Source of the DNA: Candidatus Latescibacterota bacterium
Lineage (GTDB): Bacteria; Latescibacterota; UBA2968; UBA8231
Length of the DNA stretch: 64,000 nucleotides
Assembly (NCBI GenBank): GCA_965219385.1
Contig: CBDCNM010000002.1
Span: 1,978,936-2,042,935 of the forward strand
Direction: 5' to 3'
This document shows, in pieces, positions 28,486 through 38,456 of this stretch (its first letter is position 1; every line of letters starts with the position of its first letter). The position numbers and the translations under genes were made by a program. Under the pieces are notes generated by a model. The model saw only the letters and a list, made by a program, of their open reading frames with translations, ran no database searches and had not been told where the DNA came from.

Positions 28486-31400
28486 ATGCCCGACGAAAAG
28501 ACACACAGTACGGAGAGCCTCCAGGGCCAGGATACTCGGTGGAGTAGTTTGATTGAGGAATTGCGTCAGTGGCCTTCCGATGCTCCAGAATGGGAAGTGG
28601 TCCAAGCGTTTATTGACCAAGTCCAGCTCGTGGCCAAGCAGAAGTGCCAAGAACGGGAAGAGGCGGGGCGACTTCAACTCCAGCAGGCTCTCGATCAATT
28701 GCGGGAGAATCACGAGGCCGATCTAGCGGGTTTCGGCTTCCGTATATCAGAATTAGCCAACTGGCAAGCGACTCGCTGTCCCATTGCTCGAACCGACGAA
28801 TGGACGGAGACCGCCAACGACCTATTGGAGCAACTGGCCCAATTCCGCCTCCTGAACCAGCAGGTTCCCCAAAATCTAAATTTCCAGGAGAGGCGCCAGC
28901 TCCGGGCGGACTCGGCGGCCGTGGATGATCGGATCAGCGCACTGTTGAAACAACTCAACGAAAATTTTTCCGTGACCGCCCCGGAGCCTTCACAGACTTT
29001 GGATGAGGATACCGAAGAGGATGACCAACCTTCCCCGGAACCGCCTAGTCCCAGACAAGGCCCTTCTAGTGAGCCCCCTGATTCCGACCAAGAGCAAAAA
29101 ACCGAAGAAGCCGTCAGCCCATCCGCAGAGATTCCCCAAAAGGAGTCCAGTCCCCCCGAGGAAGAAGCCAAGACTGAGTCCTTACCCCGGTCAGAAGAGC
29201 ACGAGCCAACGCACATCCAGACCGCCCCGCTTGAATCTCAGCCCCCTGCTGAAAAACCGCCGCATTTGCGCTTGGTCCGGGATGTGGCGGTCCTGTTGCA
29301 AGAAGACGACTCCGACGAACATTGGGTATCGTTGGGATGGAGCCTCTTGGCCGAAGGGGATTGGGCCGGGGCCTACTGGCTGGCTCGCTCTTTGACAGCA
29401 GCAGGCCGCGACGTACCGGTCGCCCCCGAATTGCTTGCCGTGCTTCAGGGCTCGCGCTGGTTGAAAGACGATACCGACAGTTGGGTCTCCGACATACGGC
29501 AAATTGCTTCGGAGTGGGCCCCACAGAATACTACTTCTGAGTCCGAACGGTTGCTGGGGTTGGCCGCGGCCCTGCGTCCTAGCTTGGTTGCCCCGTACAC
29601 CGGTCTGGTGGGCTGGCTCCCTCAAAAGGATGAAATCAATCCCGCGCTGGGTACCCTAGCCGATGCCATCCGCGCCTTTGCCTCATGGGGCTATTTCTTG
29701 CGACACGAAGATGTGGAGGGAGTAGAAGGCGATGCAACTCGCGAGCAGACCATTGAAGACACTGTTACACATGCCCGCCGCCTCTTGGATACTAATCAGG
29801 ACCGTAGGCTAAAAATGCTAAGGGCGACAAACGTACTGCGTCACTTGGTGGGCCAGAACGGCGATTTAAGCCTCCTACTCAAGCCGGTAATTGAAAATCG
29901 GGCCGACAAAATCAATCAGGTCCGACAGCGCATGAACAGTCTCAAGGAGCGCAGACAGATTGAAGAACGCATTCACCAGATTGATCATGAGCTGAAAAGT
30001 AGCTCCCCGGCCAATCAAATCACAGGATCTCCCCGTGACCAATTGATACGCAGTGTCGAAAAGGCGGTTGCTCTTGCCCGCGACTGGTGTTCCCTGATTG
30101 AGCAGGAACAGGCCATCCACCGCGAGGCCGACTGGTGGGTCGGTCATGTGGAAAATCTGCGCCGCCAAGTAGAGGATGTCCTCCCCAGCGTTTATACCGA
30201 ACTCAAGCGGATGCAGGCACAGGACCAATCCCAAGAAATAGCCGCTATAGGCCGCGTTCTGCAGCGGGTCATAGACCAGGTAAGAGGTATGCTGAACCTG
30301 GAGAAGGATCTGAAGAAGCAGTCCGATATTGAATATCTCGAGACATTGATGAAAGGTGGGAGTGCCTCGTTAGAGGAGGCTTTAACCCGTCGCTTATTGT
30401 GGATCCCCGAAATCCCCCTCAACGAGAATGGCCATCCTGAAGAGGCTCATGAGGCTGATATTGCCGGGGGCTTGAGTAAATCCCTGGCTGAGGAACGCTC
30501 GCTTAGAACAGCTTGTAATATGCGTATCGACGGACAGGATTTTCGCTTCACCGATCTAATCAGGGATGCGTTGGAAGAAGATGAAAGTCGCGGAGAGATC
30601 GAAAAGTTAAACGACAAGAATCTCGAAGGTGCCCGGGCGGCGCTAGCGGACGAGGTCGACGATGTGGGGAATGCCATCGAACAGGGGATGGTGGATGGGC
30701 TGCTCGTTGAAGAGGAACGCACCAATCTCAGTGGTGAATTGGAACTAGCGGCCACTGAAGATCCCTTGTACTTCAAACCGCTGTTCGCCCGGTTAGAGGC
30801 TATTTTAAAACAATTAGATGAAAAACGCACTACCCGGCTGCGAGAGTTGAAGGGGCAATGGAAGGAAATGCGGCAAAGCCTAGGGCAGGAGATACAAGGC
30901 GATAAAATCAAAATCGTGGATGTTTTTTTTCAAAAAGCATTGCGTCAGGAAGATACTAGACTGGTGGAAGAAGGCTTGGCCCACTTGCGGGAAGTTCGAG
31001 ATGGCGGGAGCGAATTGAAGAGTGAGTGGTTCACCCCACCCGAGGAGCGCGACATCTTCAAGGAGTTCCAAGAAGCTTTCCCTAGTATCGAATCAGGGCT
31101 TAGTAGCTTGGGGAATGTTGATCAACTAGCAGCCAAGGTGATTGAGCAAGGCCAAACCTGGGAGGGTGTGCAGTTTGGTACATTGTCCCAAACGCGGCGG
31201 GACGAGGCCGCCAAGGCACTTCGCTCTTGGCACCAGCTCAAACGCCGCCATGGACAGCAGGCCGAAAACCGTAGGCACGTCAAAGTCCTTTTCGAATACC
31301 TAGGGTTCCATCTGCCGCGGGGATCCGCCGTGAGTATAAAAAATAACGGCCGGGATTGGCTCCACTGCCAGGTGGATGCCTCGGCCAGCGACTTGGCTCG

Positions 31401-33822
31401 ACCTATCCCGCAGTTGGGCGCGCAAGCCAGCGGCTGCTACAATGTGGTGTGTTTCTGGGAACGGCCTGGAGCCGCCTCCATTGGAGCGTTCTTGCGCGAC
31501 TTGGGACTGGATACTCAAACGGTTATTATTTTCTTTCTTGGGCGATTGTCCGACCGTCGGCGGCTCGACTTAGCCGCCCGTGCCAGAGAACGGAAATTGG
31601 CTCTGGTGGTGCTAGATGAAATCCTGCTGGTATTTTTGGCCAGGTGTGATGATACCCGCCTTCCGGCTTTCCTCCGTTGTAGTCTGCCCTACGCTGCCCT
31701 CAATCCCTATACGCCGTTCCAGGCGGGAAATGTACCCCCCGAAATGTTCTACGGCCGAGACAGGATGGTCCGTCAGCTACAAGACGAGGGTAGCTGCATC
31801 GTATTCGGTGGGCGACAGTTGGGCAAATCCGCGCTGTTGCGCCAAGTGGAGCGCGAATTTCACCAGTCTGATCGCGAGCAATTCGCTTGGGTCGAGGACA
31901 TCAAGTTGTTGGGAGATCCCCTCACAGGTGAACAGCCCGCTCAACTTTGGATCAAGTTGCGCGAGGCCTTTAAGAAACACTCTCTAATAAAAGACACTGC
32001 AATGGGGAACACTCCTAACTATATCATCAAACACATTCAGGACGCAATGAATGTGTCGCCTAACCGGCGAGTTCTGGTCCTGTTCGACGAAGCCGACCAC
32101 TTTCTCGACGCCGATGCGCTGAGAAATTTCGAAGTGGTCGATAAATTGCGAACCTTGATGTATGATACTCGGTTGCGCTTCAGGGTGGTCTTTACCGGTC
32201 TGCATGGCGTCCAGCGCTTTAATAATATCGTCAACCAGCCTCTAGCCCATTTTGGCCAGAATTTACTGGTGGGACCCCTTGAAGCTGGGCCGGCCCGAAA
32301 ATTAGTGCGGGAGCCTCTGGAGACCTTGGGCTATCGGTTTGTCGACGAGACCACGGTGCTCAAAATCCTGTCCTACACCAATTATCATCCAGGTTTGATA
32401 CAGTACTTCTGCCACGAACTCGTGCGTCGGCTTCAAGGCAAAAAGCCCTTGTCAAGACCGCCCTATGAAGTAAGATCGGACGATGTGGAGGCGGTATATC
32501 GCTCCCACAAAGCTCGACAGGTCATTCGGGATCGGTTCGATTGGACCCTGGCACTGGATTCCCGGTACCAGTGCATCACTTGGGCCATGATCTACGAGCA
32601 AAGAGAAACACGTGATAGCTATGTCCGTTCATTCAGCGTAGTCAAACTGCTCGAACTGGCGAAAGGGTGGTGGTGTCAAGGCTTCAAGGAAGTCGATGTC
32701 CGATGGCTTGAGGGGTTGCTGGGAGAGATGGTTGGTCTGGGCATATTAGTGCGCAATTCAGAAAACCAGTACTTGCTGCGCAGTCCCAATCTGGTCCGCC
32801 TCATGGGTACCGAGGAACATATAGCGAACTGTCTGTTGGAGCTATCAGAGAAACCTCCGCCGACCCAATCCCAACCCGCCAGTCAGCATGTACTGCTAAA
32901 TGCCCCGAGAGATGCCCCGAACGTGTACAGTCCCTTGACGTTGGATCAGGAAAACCGTCTGCAACAAACTCGGCCGTCCGGAGTGAGTTTAGTATTTGGT
33001 TCCCAAGCATTGGGGCTGGATCTGTTGGATCAAGCCTTAAAGCGTATGGATGGCAGTGAACCTATTCCCCTACCCCAATTGATCCAAGCCGATCAGACTG
33101 TCTCATGGTTAGATTCCTACGCCGCTCGGAAGCAACGAGGGGTCGAGCAGTTATTGAGCTATGGCCGGCTCAGGGGCACAGGGGGCGATATGGCCCAATG
33201 CGTCTGGAAAGTATTGGAGATGTGCAAAGACTTTAACCAAAAGCGACGACGGCGTCTGCAGGTGGTTTTCATCCTCAACCCGGAGGCTGCCTGGTCCTGG
33301 CTGAGGGCGGATCGGCGTACCCATCTGGAAGACCGGGCTGACCTCATTTACCTGCGTCGCTGGGATGAAGTGGGAATCCAGCAACGGTTGAACCAAGCCG
33401 ATAAGGTGGATTCGTCCAATATCTGCCAGAAGGTGCTCAAAGCTACTGGAGGATGGCCCCTCATGCTGGACGAGCTTTTACGTCTGTGCAGCGACCAAGA
33501 CGATCCCGAGACTTATGGGGCTAACCCGTTGGCCAATGAGCTGGGCCGTCCGAGCTCGAAGACGGGACATAAGCTGTTACATCAGGCCGGACTGGATTCT
33601 CAGGCGGAGCCTTTCCGGGTATTAAAGACATTAGGGGAGTACGACAAAGTCTCAGAGGCGGATTTAGAGACTTTGGGGGATTTGATAGAAGGAGATCCGC
33701 CTCTTACTCCAGAGGACTGCAAAGTGGCTGTGGAGTTTCTGAACCGATTGGGATGTATTGAGAAGAGGAATGGGGAGTACCGCGTTGAGTCCGTCTTGGG
33801 TCGAGTAGCTGGCCTTCTATGA
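28486..33822 (+). CDS. Large STAND-like P-loop ATPase, 1778 aa; candidate defence sensor
   Basis: NPYTP...EMFYGR, Walker A GGRQLGKS, Walker B VLFDEAD, TNYHPGLIQ; degenerate second NTPase near the C-terminus (VFGSQALG, TGGWP); lower GC than flanks. Confidence 0.8.
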   Translation: MPDEKTHSTESLQGQDTRWSSLIEELRQWPSDAPEWEVVQAFIDQVQLVAKQKCQEREEAGRLQLQQALDQLRENHEADLAGFGFRISELANWQATRCPIARTDEWTETANDLLEQLAQFRLLNQQVPQNLNFQERRQLRADSAAVDDRISALLKQLNENFSVTAPEPSQTLDEDTEEDDQPSPEPPSPRQGPSSEPPDSDQEQKTEEAVSPSAEIPQKESSPPEEEAKTESLPRSEEHEPTHIQTAPLESQPPAEKPPHLRLVRDVAVLLQEDDSDEHWVSLGWSLLAEGDWAGAYWLARSLTAAGRDVPVAPELLAVLQGSRWLKDDTDSWVSDIRQIASEWAPQNTTSESERLLGLAAALRPSLVAPYTGLVGWLPQKDEINPALGTLADAIRAFASWGYFLRHEDVEGVEGDATREQTIEDTVTHARRLLDTNQDRRLKMLRATNVLRHLVGQNGDLSLLLKPVIENRADKINQVRQRMNSLKERRQIEERIHQIDHELKSSSPANQITGSPRDQLIRSVEKAVALARDWCSLIEQEQAIHREADWWVGHVENLRRQVEDVLPSVYTELKRMQAQDQSQEIAAIGRVLQRVIDQVRGMLNLEKDLKKQSDIEYLETLMKGGSASLEEALTRRLLWIPEIPLNENGHPEEAHEADIAGGLSKSLAEERSLRTACNMRIDGQDFRFTDLIRDALEEDESRGEIEKLNDKNLEGARAALADEVDDVGNAIEQGMVDGLLVEEERTNLSGELELAATEDPLYFKPLFARLEAILKQLDEKRTTRLRELKGQWKEMRQSLGQEIQGDKIKIVDVFFQKALRQEDTRLVEEGLAHLREVRDGGSELKSEWFTPPEERDIFKEFQEAFPSIESGLSSLGNVDQLAAKVIEQGQTWEGVQFGTLSQTRRDEAAKALRSWHQLKRRHGQQAENRRHVKVLFEYLGFHLPRGSAVSIKNNGRDWLHCQVDASASDLARPIPQLGAQASGCYNVVCFWERPGAASIGAFLRDLGLDTQTVIIFFLGRLSDRRRLDLAARARERKLALVVLDEILLVFLARCDDTRLPAFLRCSLPYAALNPYTPFQAGNVPPEMFYGRDRMVRQLQDEGSCIVFGGRQLGKSALLRQVEREFHQSDREQFAWVEDIKLLGDPLTGEQPAQLWIKLREAFKKHSLIKDTAMGNTPNYIIKHIQDAMNVSPNRRVLVLFDEADHFLDADALRNFEVVDKLRTLMYDTRLRFRVVFTGLHGVQRFNNIVNQPLAHFGQNLLVGPLEAGPARKLVREPLETLGYRFVDETTVLKILSYTNYHPGLIQYFCHELVRRLQGKKPLSRPPYEVRSDDVEAVYRSHKARQVIRDRFDWTLALDSRYQCITWAMIYEQRETRDSYVRSFSVVKLLELAKGWWCQGFKEVDVRWLEGLLGEMVGLGILVRNSENQYLLRSPNLVRLMGTEEHIANCLLELSEKPPPTQSQPASQHVLLNAPRDAPNVYSPLTLDQENRLQQTRPSGVSLVFGSQALGLDLLDQALKRMDGSEPIPLPQLIQADQTVSWLDSYAARKQRGVEQLLSYGRLRGTGGDMAQCVWKVLEMCKDFNQKRRRRLQVVFILNPEAAWSWLRADRRTHLEDRADLIYLRRWDEVGIQQRLNQADKVDSSNICQKVLKATGGWPLMLDELLRLCSDQDDPETYGANPLANELGRPSSKTGHKLLHQAGLDSQAEPFRVLKTLGEYDKVSEADLETLGDLIEGDPPLTPEDCKVAVEFLNRLGCIEKRNGEYRVESVLGRVAGLL

Positions 33823-35117
33823 GCTTGGGACTGGCTACCTCCCTGATGCAGATGCCCACTGCCCGGCAGCTATTGGACCAACTGCTGGACGACTTGCGGC
33901 TCGGCCGCAGTGTGTTGGGCTTGCTACCCGAAGGAGTTGATCCAAGCCTGCTACGGTCGGCTCTGTGGGACGGTCTGGGACACTGGCACTTGCATACCCA
34001 GGAGGTCTTCATGTCCCAGTTAGACGCCCAAATACCCGCGGCAGCTTTAGGACAAGCTCTGGGAGTGGATTGGGGTGCTTCCACCGTACCGCGCACAGTA
34101 GAGAATCTCCTAAGACAAGCGGACTTGCCCGAAATTCTGTTTCTCGATGGTTTTGATGAACTGACTAAAGAAGCCCGAGTTCAGTGGCTGCAATTTATGG
34201 TGCAGTGGGCTCAGGTATGCCAAGGCAGGTACTCCACCGACGAAGGTGGACCCGAGATCCCCCCGGCACTGTGTCTGCTGGCCCAAGCATCGAAGGTGCC
34301 TCACCCACCTCCCTTAACGAATGTGAAGCTGTCTATCCTGGTCTGGCGGGGTATCCCCACGACCTTGGAAATGCGGCTGTTGTGCCGATTGGCCTCCGAG
34401 CAGGATACTGCTCCCTTGAGCCGCTGGAAAGAGCATACGATTCCGGCCATTGCGGGTTCTGATTTGGACTTGAGCGATTACCTGTGGGCTCAGGAGTATC
34501 GTACTGGAGCCGAATTGGCACACATGCTGCGGGCCTTTGCTCAGGACCGCGGCTGGGACCAGGCCGAGATGGAGGCTTGGCTGGTGCGTAGCCTTCCCCG
34601 GGAAGCGAGGTCTTGGCTGGAGGGCTGGCCGTTGTCACCTGCTTTGTACCAAGCCTGGGCCCGGGGGATGGTACATTGGACCCCGGAATACGGTCTGGAA
34701 TGCCATAGTGCGGTCTTGGCCTTGTTGAATCGACAAGAAGCCTTAGACCATCGCTTGTGGCGAGGTCAGGCTGGGTTTCTCCTGCCCAAAATTGACGAAA
34801 CGCGATTGGCTTTGTGTGACCACCTGAACCGGTCCTATGGACAGGATTGGCCTTATAAGTGGCAAAAACCGGAGACAGACATAGAATGTCAGGAGGTAAA
34901 AGATACGCCCTTTGCCTGTCAGTGGGGGCATCTGGAATATCTGCTGCGGAAATGCCCGAATCTACAGATAGAACAGCGGTGGCTTTCCCTAGTGTGCCAG
35001 TCGCGGCAGCTCCGCAATGCCCTAGCCCATTACCGGCCTATAGCCCTGAGAGACTACGAAAAGTTCTGCGGGGCAGTAGAGCAGGCTATTATGGCAGGCT
35101 TGATGACCGCTTTGTGA
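33819..35117 (+). CDS. Degenerate P-loop-like protein with C-terminal HEPN-type RxxxxH motif
   Basis: ATGA overlap with the ATPase; ILFLDGFDEL Walker-B-like strand; LRNALAHY (RxxxxH at 35013-35030). Confidence 0.7.
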   Translation: MSLGLATSLMQMPTARQLLDQLLDDLRLGRSVLGLLPEGVDPSLLRSALWDGLGHWHLHTQEVFMSQLDAQIPAAALGQALGVDWGASTVPRTVENLLRQADLPEILFLDGFDELTKEARVQWLQFMVQWAQVCQGRYSTDEGGPEIPPALCLLAQASKVPHPPPLTNVKLSILVWRGIPTTLEMRLLCRLASEQDTAPLSRWKEHTIPAIAGSDLDLSDYLWAQEYRTGAELAHMLRAFAQDRGWDQAEMEAWLVRSLPREARSWLEGWPLSPALYQAWARGMVHWTPEYGLECHSAVLALLNRQEALDHRLWRGQAGFLLPKIDETRLALCDHLNRSYGQDWPYKWQKPETDIECQEVKDTPFACQWGHLEYLLRKCPNLQIEQRWLSLVCQSRQLRNALAHYRPIALRDYEKFCGAVEQAIMAGLMTAL

Positions 35118-35279
35118 TTGGGTAGCCTTGTTCGCCCTACTTCCTTCGATAATTGGGACCGAATTTTCCTCTTATTCTTCTTATTCCTCTTAGTCCACGA
35201 GGTCGCCGAGATACACAAGCTAAATTGAGCCAATCAGGGATGGAACGCCTACGCAACCTAATGCGGTACAACGACGCGG

Positions 35280-35415
35280 GCATCGCCTTATCGGCGGTGT
35301 TGTGGGTCTCGCGGATGGGCTCGGCGCAACCGGCGACGGGCAAGGACTGGCTGATAACCAGCTTTGCGGTGGTGGCCATTGTCGGCGGGACCGGGCTATC
35401 ATTTGCTGGGGGCGG
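35280..35415 (+). pseudogene. Fragment of a sugar ABC transporter permease (RbsC-like C-terminus)
   Basis: ALSAVLWVSRMGSAQPATGKDWLITSFAVVAIVGGTGL matches the SRxxSAQPxxGxxxxLxxIAAVVIGGT motif; boundaries approximate. Confidence 0.7.
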
Positions 35416-35455
35416 TCATCATCGTCCTTAGCGAGAAAGCCACCCCCTATAGCCC

Positions 35456-35940
35456 GGCATCTACGTCGACGGGGACGACGATCCGGTCTTCGTGCCCGCT
35501 CCGGCGCTCTCAGAAGAGGATGTCAAGCGAATCGTAGAGCCCACGGCACGCCGAATCATCCGACTCTGTGAGAAACGCAGACTCCTCAAGGACGGCCACA
35601 CCGATCCGCTCAGCGCCGAAGCACTCCTGCTCGCTACCATCGCGGCCGCCTCCATGCGTGGCCTCGTGGGCACACCGGAGAAAGAGTTGGTCAGCGGCTC
35701 AGGCGCGTGCTCAAAGACCCGGCCACAGGGATGCACACCGCGCCCCTGTGCTTTGCTTCGAGGGAATTCTCCCTCCACGCCGCCACCCAGATCAACGCCC
35801 GCAACTCCGCCGGCCTCGAACAACTCTGCCGCTAGGCAGCCCGGCTGCCGCTGGCTGTGGGGCGTCTCCAGCCCATCAACGACCAGCGTCTGTCCTTCGC
35901 CCTGCAAACACCTTAGTCGAACGACACCACCCACCTCCTG
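35456..35940 (+). pseudogene. IS91/ISCR family (rolling-circle) transposase remnant
   Basis: GIYVDG..PVFVPAPALSEEDVKRIVE; after a frameshift FSLHAATQINARNSAGLEQLCR*AARLPLA...LSFALQTP*SNDTTHLL (the LCRY Tyr and a Trp are mutated to TAG). Confidence 0.85.
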
Positions 35941-36020
35941 CTGGCGGCCAAGAGGCGAAAAGACGGCCCAAGACGCCGCCCCGGCTTGACCAACCCCAAA
36001 AGGCTCTTTATAATTCCTAA
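35939..36020 (+). mobile_element. IS91/ISCR-like oriIS end (82 bp, copy 2) with outward promoter
   Basis: Identical to 28261-28342; ends TTTATAATTCCTAA, resembling ISCR oriIS ends; 27 bp before the next ATG. Confidence 0.8.
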
Positions 36021-36047
36021 TACATCTGGGCCGGATGAATTGCAGCC

Positions 36048-37481
36048 ATGAATTTTGACAACTACGATCTTGATCCTTCTATCTATGACGAGATGTTCCT
36101 GCCGGACAGTGCTCCCCGGGAGCATTGCCGGCAACTCTACGAGACCCTGATCCGGCTCTCCACCGAGGAACTGAGCAACATCCAGGATCGTGTTACGCGC
36201 TCGTTTTCGAACGAGGGCATCACCTTCACGGTTTACGGGGACGACGAGGCCGACGAGCAGATCATCCCCATCGACTGCCTGCCCCGGGTGATGTCCGGCG
36301 GCGACTGGCGGCAGCTCGAGAGCGGCCTGACCCAGCGCCTCAAGGCCCTGAACCGCTTCCTGGAGGACGTCTACGGCGAGGCTCGCATCATCGAGGACGG
36401 CGTGATCCCCGTGGATATGGTGCGCGGCTGTCCTCAATACCGGACCGAGATGCGCGGCTTCTCGGCACCCCATGGGACCTGGGTCTCCATTTGCGGCACC
36501 GACCTGGTGCGCACCAGCGACGGCTTCCGTGTGCTCGAGGACAACCTGCGGGTCCCTTCGGGCGTATCCTACATGCTCGCAAACCGGAAGGCGGTCAAGG
36601 CGAGCCTGCGACGCCTCTATCGCAACTCCCGCGTGCAGGAGGTGGAGCACTACGGGAGAGTGTTGTTGGAAACCCTGCGGGACCTGGCCCCGAGGGGGCG
36701 CTCAGCCCCCTCCATCGCGCTGCTAACCCCCGGCGTGTACAACTCCGCCTTCTACGAGCACATGTTCCTGGCCCGCGAGATCGGCGCGGAGCTCGTGGAG
36801 GGCCGCGACCTGCTGGTCAACGACGGATTCGTCTACAGGCGCACCACCACGGGCCTGCGACGCGTCGACGTGGTGTACAGGCGCGTGGATGACGACTTCA
36901 TCGACCCGCTGGTCTTCCGTCCTGACTCCCTGCTCGGCGTACCAGGCCTGATGCACGCCTACAAGCTCGGAAACGTAGCCCTCGTGAACGCACCTGGAAC
37001 GGGCGTCGCGGACGACAAGAGCGTCTATGCCTACGTGCCGGACATGATCCGGTACTATCTGGCCGAGGAGCCGATCCTGGCCAACGTCGAGACCCGCCTC
37101 TGCCGCCGGCCGGAGGACCTGGAGTACACTCTGGACAACCTTCAGGACCTGGTGGTCAAGCGCGTGGGCGAATCCGGAGGGTACGGGATGCTGATCGGCC
37201 CCCACTCGTCGCCCGAAGAGCGCGAGGAGTACGCAACGCAAGTGCGCGCCAATCCGGCCGACTTCGTCTCGCAGCCGGTGCTCGCTCTATCCCGCACGCC
37301 CTGTCTGATTAAAGGGCGCTTCGAGCCCCGACACGTGGACCTTCGACCCTTCGTCCTCCACGGACGCCAGACCCGCATCGTGCCTGGGGCATTCTGCCGC
37401 GTCGCCCTGCGTCGAGGCAGCCTGGTGGTGAACTCCAGCCAGGGCGGGGGCGGCAAGGACTTCTGGGTACTGGAGGAGTGA
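36048..37481 (+). CDS. Circularly permuted type 2 ATP-grasp protein
   Basis: YDEM, GITFTVY, VLEDNLRVPSGVSYM, YRRVDDDFIDP, GVADDK, RHVDLRPF, VVNSSQGGGGKDFWV. Confidence 0.95.
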   Translation: MNFDNYDLDPSIYDEMFLPDSAPREHCRQLYETLIRLSTEELSNIQDRVTRSFSNEGITFTVYGDDEADEQIIPIDCLPRVMSGGDWRQLESGLTQRLKALNRFLEDVYGEARIIEDGVIPVDMVRGCPQYRTEMRGFSAPHGTWVSICGTDLVRTSDGFRVLEDNLRVPSGVSYMLANRKAVKASLRRLYRNSRVQEVEHYGRVLLETLRDLAPRGRSAPSIALLTPGVYNSAFYEHMFLAREIGAELVEGRDLLVNDGFVYRRTTTGLRRVDVVYRRVDDDFIDPLVFRPDSLLGVPGLMHAYKLGNVALVNAPGTGVADDKSVYAYVPDMIRYYLAEEPILANVETRLCRRPEDLEYTLDNLQDLVVKRVGESGGYGMLIGPHSSPEEREEYATQVRANPADFVSQPVLALSRTPCLIKGRFEPRHVDLRPFVLHGRQTRIVPGAFCRVALRRGSLVVNSSQGGGGKDFWVLEE

Positions 37482-38452
37482 ACAAAATGCTCTCACGCAG
37501 CGCGCAGGGCCTCTACTGGATGGGCCGCTACCTGGAGCGGGCCGAGCACCTATGCTGCCTCCTGCGATTGCAGACGGAAGCTTTGGTGGACCGCCCGGTC
37601 CGGGAGATCCACTTCGGTTGGAAGCGCATCTACGGCAGCATGAACCGACAGCCTCCCTTCGGCAGGCTCGAGCTCGACAGCGACGACTATACCCTGGCCG
37701 ACTCCTACACCCTTGCGGACGACCTCACGTTCGAGCGCTCGAACCCCGATTCCGTATGGAACTGCTTCGCGCTCGGCCGCGAGAACGCCCGGCAGGTGCG
37801 TCACTGCATCAGCGCAGAAATGTGGACCCGCCTGAACCTGGCCTACCTGCGGATACAAAAGCTGGACATCCAGGACATCTGGAGGATTTCCCCCGAGAGC
37901 TTCTACTCGGAAACGGCGGCGGAAATCGACACCTTCGCAGGCGTGGCCGAGTCCACCATGTACCGCGACGACGGCTGGAGCTTCATGCAGTTCGGGCGCC
38001 TCATCGAACGTGCCCAGCTCTTGGTCGCACTCCTCCTCTTTCAACTCACCACCGCCACAACGACCAAGGAGGACTCCGATGCCGACTGGGCGATCCTGCT
38101 GCGCATCTACCACGCTTTCGAAGCATACAGCCGCAGATACAGCGTCGAAGTGCAGCCGGGCCAGGTGCTGGACCTGCTCGTCACCGACCCTCTCTTGCCC
38201 AGCTCGCTCTGCCGGTCGTTCGATATGGCGGCAGCGAATCTCGCTTCCATCGGCCCCGGTTTGGACGCACTTTCCAGCGACGGGACGCAGAGACTGGTCG
38301 GCCGCCTGGGCGCCCTGGTCCATTACGACTGGCCGGACAGTGAAGACTACGAGAATCTCCTGAGACAAGCGGGGGAGTACTGCCGTGAGTTACACCGTGT
38401 CGTAACCTCAGCCTATTTCAATTACCCCATCGAAGACTCCCCCGGGCGTTGA
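37478..38452 (+). CDS. Alpha-E domain protein
   Basis: MLSRSAQGLYWMGRYLERAE, RENARQVR, GRLIERA. Confidence 0.93.
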   Translation: MNKMLSRSAQGLYWMGRYLERAEHLCCLLRLQTEALVDRPVREIHFGWKRIYGSMNRQPPFGRLELDSDDYTLADSYTLADDLTFERSNPDSVWNCFALGRENARQVRHCISAEMWTRLNLAYLRIQKLDIQDIWRISPESFYSETAAEIDTFAGVAESTMYRDDGWSFMQFGRLIERAQLLVALLLFQLTTATTTKEDSDADWAILLRIYHAFEAYSRRYSVEVQPGQVLDLLVTDPLLPSSLCRSFDMAAANLASIGPGLDALSSDGTQRLVGRLGALVHYDWPDSEDYENLLRQAGEYCRELHRVVTSAYFNYPIEDSPGR

Positions 38453-38456
38453 CATC

